Position numbers and translations under genes: made by a program | Assembly: GCF_000143415.4 (NCBI RefSeq) | Contig: NW_003314592.1 | Location: 1-10,606 of the forward strand | Length of the DNA: 10,606 nt | Direction of reading: 5' to 3' | Origin: Selaginella moellendorffii | Taxonomy: Eukaryota; Plantae; Lycopodiophyta | Shown here: positions 7,099 to 10,606 of the stretch, piece after piece | How the letters are laid out: every line of letters starts with the position of its first letter | Numbering within the stretch: the first letter of the stretch is position 1 | Notes under the pieces: model-generated | The model's database searches: none | The model's input: only the letters and a program-made list of their open reading frames with translations | What the model was told of the DNA's origin: nothing

Positions 7099-8304
7099 AT
7101 GGCCGACCAAGCTGAACGCTGGAATCCTATCATCGATGGTGGTGCCGACAATGGTGCCGACGAAGCTGCGGAGATTTGGACCATTCAAGATGTGGTTCAT
7201 GAGCTGCGAGCCCTTAATAAAAATCAGCAAGAGATGCAAGACGAGATGCATGGCATGATGGATACCATGCGTGGGTGTGTTGAGGCACTCGAGGCTGGAC
7301 GGGGTAGCGCTCCAAGTAAGCCTTCTTTGGTAGATCGACTCAAGATTCCAACCTTTTCCGGTGATGGTGGTGTGGACGAGTGTCTCGCTTGGCTAGCCAA
7401 TGTGAAGAAGTTCTTGGCTGCTAGAGGAACTCCAGATGCAGAGGCTTTAGTGGCTATTCCGATGGTTTTGCGTGATGCGGGTCTTCGATGGTGGAATTGG
7501 CTTGAGGAGTCCCGTGTTGCGGATAAGAAACCACCAGTGTCTACCATGGATGAGTTTGAGGCTGCTTTTCGTTTACGTTTTGCCCCTCATTACGACGTGG
7601 AGAATGCTCGTACAGAACTTCGCCATTTCCAGCAAGGGAAAATGACGCTCGGGGACTATATTGAGAAGCTTACTCGTTTGATTAGTCGTGTTCCAACGAA
7701 GGATCCAGATCAGAACAAGTCCTATTTCATTGATGGCCTACATAGTGAGAGTATGCGGCAACACTTGCGTCATTCTCAGCCTACAAAGAGTTTGGAGGAG
7801 CTCTTTGATGCGGCTCGTCGCCTTGACAATGACAAGCACAAGTCTCGTAAGCGTTCACGGAGTCCTTCTGCCGAGAATCGTCGTGATGATCGCCGTGGAC
7901 ACAAGGATGGGAACAAGCATCACAAGTTGAAGTCGGTGGTGACTACTTCAGATGCAAAGGGGTCCAAGAAGCAGAAGTTCTTTGTGAAGAATTATAGACA
8001 GGGTTGTCATCATTGCGGCGAACTTGGACACTACAAGGCTGATTGTCCGCAGTTGAAGAACAAGCAGCAGGACAAGAAGAATGGCCAATCATCTTCTCAC
8101 GGTAAGTCAGATACTAAAAAGTTGCAAGCTTTACAGCGTGAGGATGACGAGAACGACCATTCCGGTCGGAGGAAGCGACTTTCGATCGTTGCTTGTCAAC
8201 TCAACTGTGTGTGGAACAAGATGGAGCTCGAGGATATGCGTGAATCAGCTTTAATGCTGGAGGGCGTGTTCCGTGGAGATCCAGTGCGGATTTTTACTGG
8301 ATAG
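7099..8304 (+). CDS. gag: Retrotransposon Gag (capsid + CCHC nucleocapsid) running into the start of the protease
   Basis: ATG at 7099 (MADQAERW). Motifs include [50 protein letters not shown] and a zinc knuckle [14 protein letters not shown] at 8005-8046. The frame ends at VRIFTG* because of an extra T in the T5 run at 8291-8295. Confidence 0.93.
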   Translation: MADQAERWNPIIDGGADNGADEAAEIWTIQDVVHELRALNKNQQEMQDEMHGMMDTMRGCVEALEAGRGSAPSKPSLVDRLKIPTFSGDGGVDECLAWLANVKKFLAARGTPDAEALVAIPMVLRDAGLRWWNWLEESRVADKKPPVSTMDEFEAAFRLRFAPHYDVENARTELRHFQQGKMTLGDYIEKLTRLISRVPTKDPDQNKSYFIDGLHSESMRQHLRHSQPTKSLEELFDAARRLDNDKHKSRKRSRSPSAENRRDDRRGHKDGNKHHKLKSVVTTSDAKGSKKQKFFVKNYRQGCHHCGELGHYKADCPQLKNKQQDKKNGQSSSHGKSDTKKLQALQREDDENDHSGRRKRLSIVACQLNCVWNKMELEDMRESALMLEGVFRGDPVRIFTG

Positions 8305-10606
8305 TGGGATGCCATGGTTGGTGAAGGTGGATCCAGAGATAACGTGGAGCATTAAGCGTATCTCGCTGGAGTATGGTGGAGTTAAAGATGTGTGGTTTGG
8401 CGAGGGCATTCAACCACCAGTTGTTATGCTCTCTGCTACATCTTTGAAGCGGGCTTGTTGTAATGGAAAAGCACTTTCGAGTTACTTGCTGTTTGTTCGT
8501 GACTTGGGCGACCAAGGCACGTGTGGGGGAGACGCAGCAGTATGGGATGTACTCGACGAGTTTTCTGATGTTTTTCCATCTGAACTTCCTCATGGATTGC
8601 CTCCATTACGAGGTGTGGAGCATGGGATTACATTGGAGCCGGGGACGCGGCCAATTTACCGGTGTCCATTTCGGTTAAGTTATGCGGAGGAGCAAGAAGT
8701 TCAACGACAAGTCAAGGAGTTACTTGAGTTTGGATTTATTCAGCCAAGTAAGTCTCCATTTGGTGCTCCGGTCTTGTTTGTGAAGAAGAAAGACGGTTCA
8801 ATGCGGATGTGTATTGACTACCGTGCTTTAAACAAGAAGACAGTGAAGGACAAGATGCCGATGCCACGTGTGGATGATATCCTNNNNNNNNNNNNNNNNN
8901 NNNNNNNNNNNNNNNNNNNNNNNNNNNNNNNNNNNNNNNNNNNNNNNNNNNNNNNNNNNNNNNNNNNNNNNNNNNNNNNNNNNNNNNNNNNNNNNNNNNN
9001 NNNNNNNNNNNNNNNNNNNNNNNNNNNNNNNNNNNNNNNNNNNNNNNNNNNNNNNNNNNNNNNNNNNNNNNNNNNNNNNNNNNNNNNNNNNNNNNNNNNN
9101 NNNNNNNNNNNNNNNNNNNNNNNNNNNNNNNNNNNNNNNNNNNNNGAGCATAGGGTGCATTTGCGCAAGGTTCTTTTGTTACTTCGAGACAGCAAACTTT
9201 ATGCAAAGAAGAGCAAATGTGAATTTGCAAAGTTGGAGGTGGAATATCTAGGCCATATTGTGACATCTAAGGGTGTCAAGACGGATCCAAGGAAGGTGGC
9301 TGTGGTGGAAAACTGGCCTACACTGACTACAGTGGCCGAGTTGCGCAGTTTTCTTGGTATGGCTAGTTACTACCGACGTTTCCAGCATAAGTTTGCAGAG
9401 GTGGCTATTCCGTTGACGCGGTTGTTACGCAAGAATGTGCCATTCGAGTGGAAGACGCCACAAGAGGAGAGTTTTGTGGCGCTGAAACGATTGTTGATCG
9501 AGGCTCCAGTGCTTCGCATTGCTGATCCATCGAAACCTTACGAGGTGACATGCGATGCGAGTGGTTATGCACTGGGAGGAGTTCTCATGCAAGAGGGACA
9601 GCCTATTGCATATGAGAGTCGAACTTTGAATTCCGCGGAGCAACGCTATTCCACATATGAGCAAGAGTTACTCTCTATTGTTCATGCTTTGCGGACGTGG
9701 CGGCACTATCTTTATGGTGCAGTGTTCGTGGTGTTGACAGATCACAAACCACTTGTGTATCTTTTCACACAGAAGGAGTTGAACACTAGGCAAGCTCGTT
9801 AGATGGTCAAACTCATGGAGTTTGGGGAGTTTCCTATTGAGCATCGTCCGGGAAAATCAAATGTGGTGGCGGATGCTTTATCTCGTGTTCGTCATGTGAC
9901 GATGTTACGAACACAATTTTGTCATCATTTGAGTAAGGTGGTCAGCGAGTTTGGGCAGTTGGTTGAGCATGCTCAGGCTCAGGATGCTGAGGTGGCCTCT
10001 TTGCGAGACCAGATGGAAGCTCCTTTCTCATTGGTGGATGGGATTCTCTACTACAATGGCCATGTCTATTTGCCACGGGTGGATGCGTTAATTACTCAAG
10101 TTTTATTCCACTATCATGATCGTCCAGAGGCCGGTCATTTTGGGGGGAAGAAGACGTATGAATTGATTAAGCGCAACTTTTATTGGAGGAATATGAAGGC
10201 TGATATCCTCAAGTATTGTAAATCATGCGAGCTTTGTCAGCGGGTTAAGGTGCCACGGGAGAAGCCGGGGGGACTTTTGCAACCTTTACCTATTCCTCAG
10301 AGCCGTTGGTGTAGTATCTCTATGGACTTCATCACTTGTTTGCCACGAACACAGAGGCAAAAGGAGCAAGTATGGGTCATAGTAGATCGGTTGACGAAGT
10401 ATGTGCGGTTGTTGGCTCTTCGGAAGACTGTCACTGCCTCAGACTTGGCTGTGGTTTACTTGGAGAAGGTTTTTCCTGATTTTGGTTTGCCGGAGGACGT
10501 CATTAGTGATCGAGATTCAAAGTTCACCAGTGGATTTTGGAAAAGCTTTGCAAAGGCTATGGAAGTGACTTTGAACTCTCGAGTGGGTCATCCTCAGACG
10601 GATGGC
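8294..10606 (+). pseudogene. pol: Pol (deleted aspartic protease, RT, RNase H, integrase) with an in-frame TAG at 9800-9802
   Basis: Protease LLDSG is fused directly to MPWL. RT reads [39 protein letters not shown]. RNase H reads CDASGYALGGVL..EQELLSIV..WRHYL..TDHKPL..RQAR*(W)..HRPGKSNVVADALSR. Integrase has HHCC (H 10115, H 10136, C 10226, C 10235) and the core SMDFIT..VDRLTK..ISDRD..HPQTDG, in the same frame to the window end. Confidence 0.95.
8884..9145. other. 262-nt N run covering the RT catalytic core
   Basis: The Ns span from PRVDDIL to EHRVHL, preserve the reading frame and correspond to 87 codons plus 1 nt. Confidence 0.99.

Larger units (their letters stand above)
6961..10606 (+). 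mobile_element. Ty3/gypsy LTR retrotransposon (chromovirus-like), defective, cut off by the right window edge
   Basis: Domain order gag-PR-RT-RH-IN is diagnostic of Ty3/gypsy. There is an abrupt shift to GC/CpG-richer sequence at TGTTAGG (6961). The chromovirus affinity is inferred from the single-ORF layout and motif style; a chromodomain would lie outside the window. Confidence 0.97.

Noticed and set aside
8288-8304. Programmed gag-pol ribosomal frameshift
   Set aside because: The frame change falls inside the protease motif (VRI/LLDSG) at a T homopolymer beside a deletion, and removing one T restores a single ORF. Decay or a sequencing error is more likely.
7045-9664. Antisense and alternate-frame ORFs over gag-pol, including those spanning the N run
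   Set aside because: They are shadows of the retroelement coding frame or artefacts of X-translated Ns.

Overview
Eukaryotic nuclear DNA, most likely from a compact-genome land plant. The 44-80 nt GT-AG introns and plant-type B3 and SKIP16-like genes suggest something Selaginella-like, but that is an inference. Bases 1-~6960 are an extremely dense, two-stranded array of small spliced genes that the ORF track mostly misses. In order they are: an RPA70/RPA1-like ssDNA-binding gene (minus, frameshifted, runs off the left edge), an intact Cys/His-containing orphan (minus), an overlapping helical orphan pseudogene (plus), a SKIP16-like F-box/SMI1-KNR4/ApaG-remnant gene (minus, one in-frame stop), an intact stand-alone B3-domain gene (plus, ATG only 29 bp from the F-box ATG), a BED-type zinc-finger remnant (minus) and a long orphan pseudogene (plus). 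A divergent RPA70 together with unrelated host-like genes, near-zero spacers and C-to-T-type decay fits the interior of a large gene-rich Helitron-like element. No Rep/helicase or termini are visible here, so this remains an inference. From 6961 to the end is a Ty3/gypsy LTR retrotransposon with a very short putative 5' LTR, an atypical PBS, gag with a CCHC knuckle, an internally deleted protease, RT with an N-masked core, RNase H and integrase. It appears to be inserted into the last orphan gene. All domain calls are by eye from remembered family consensus; no searches were run.
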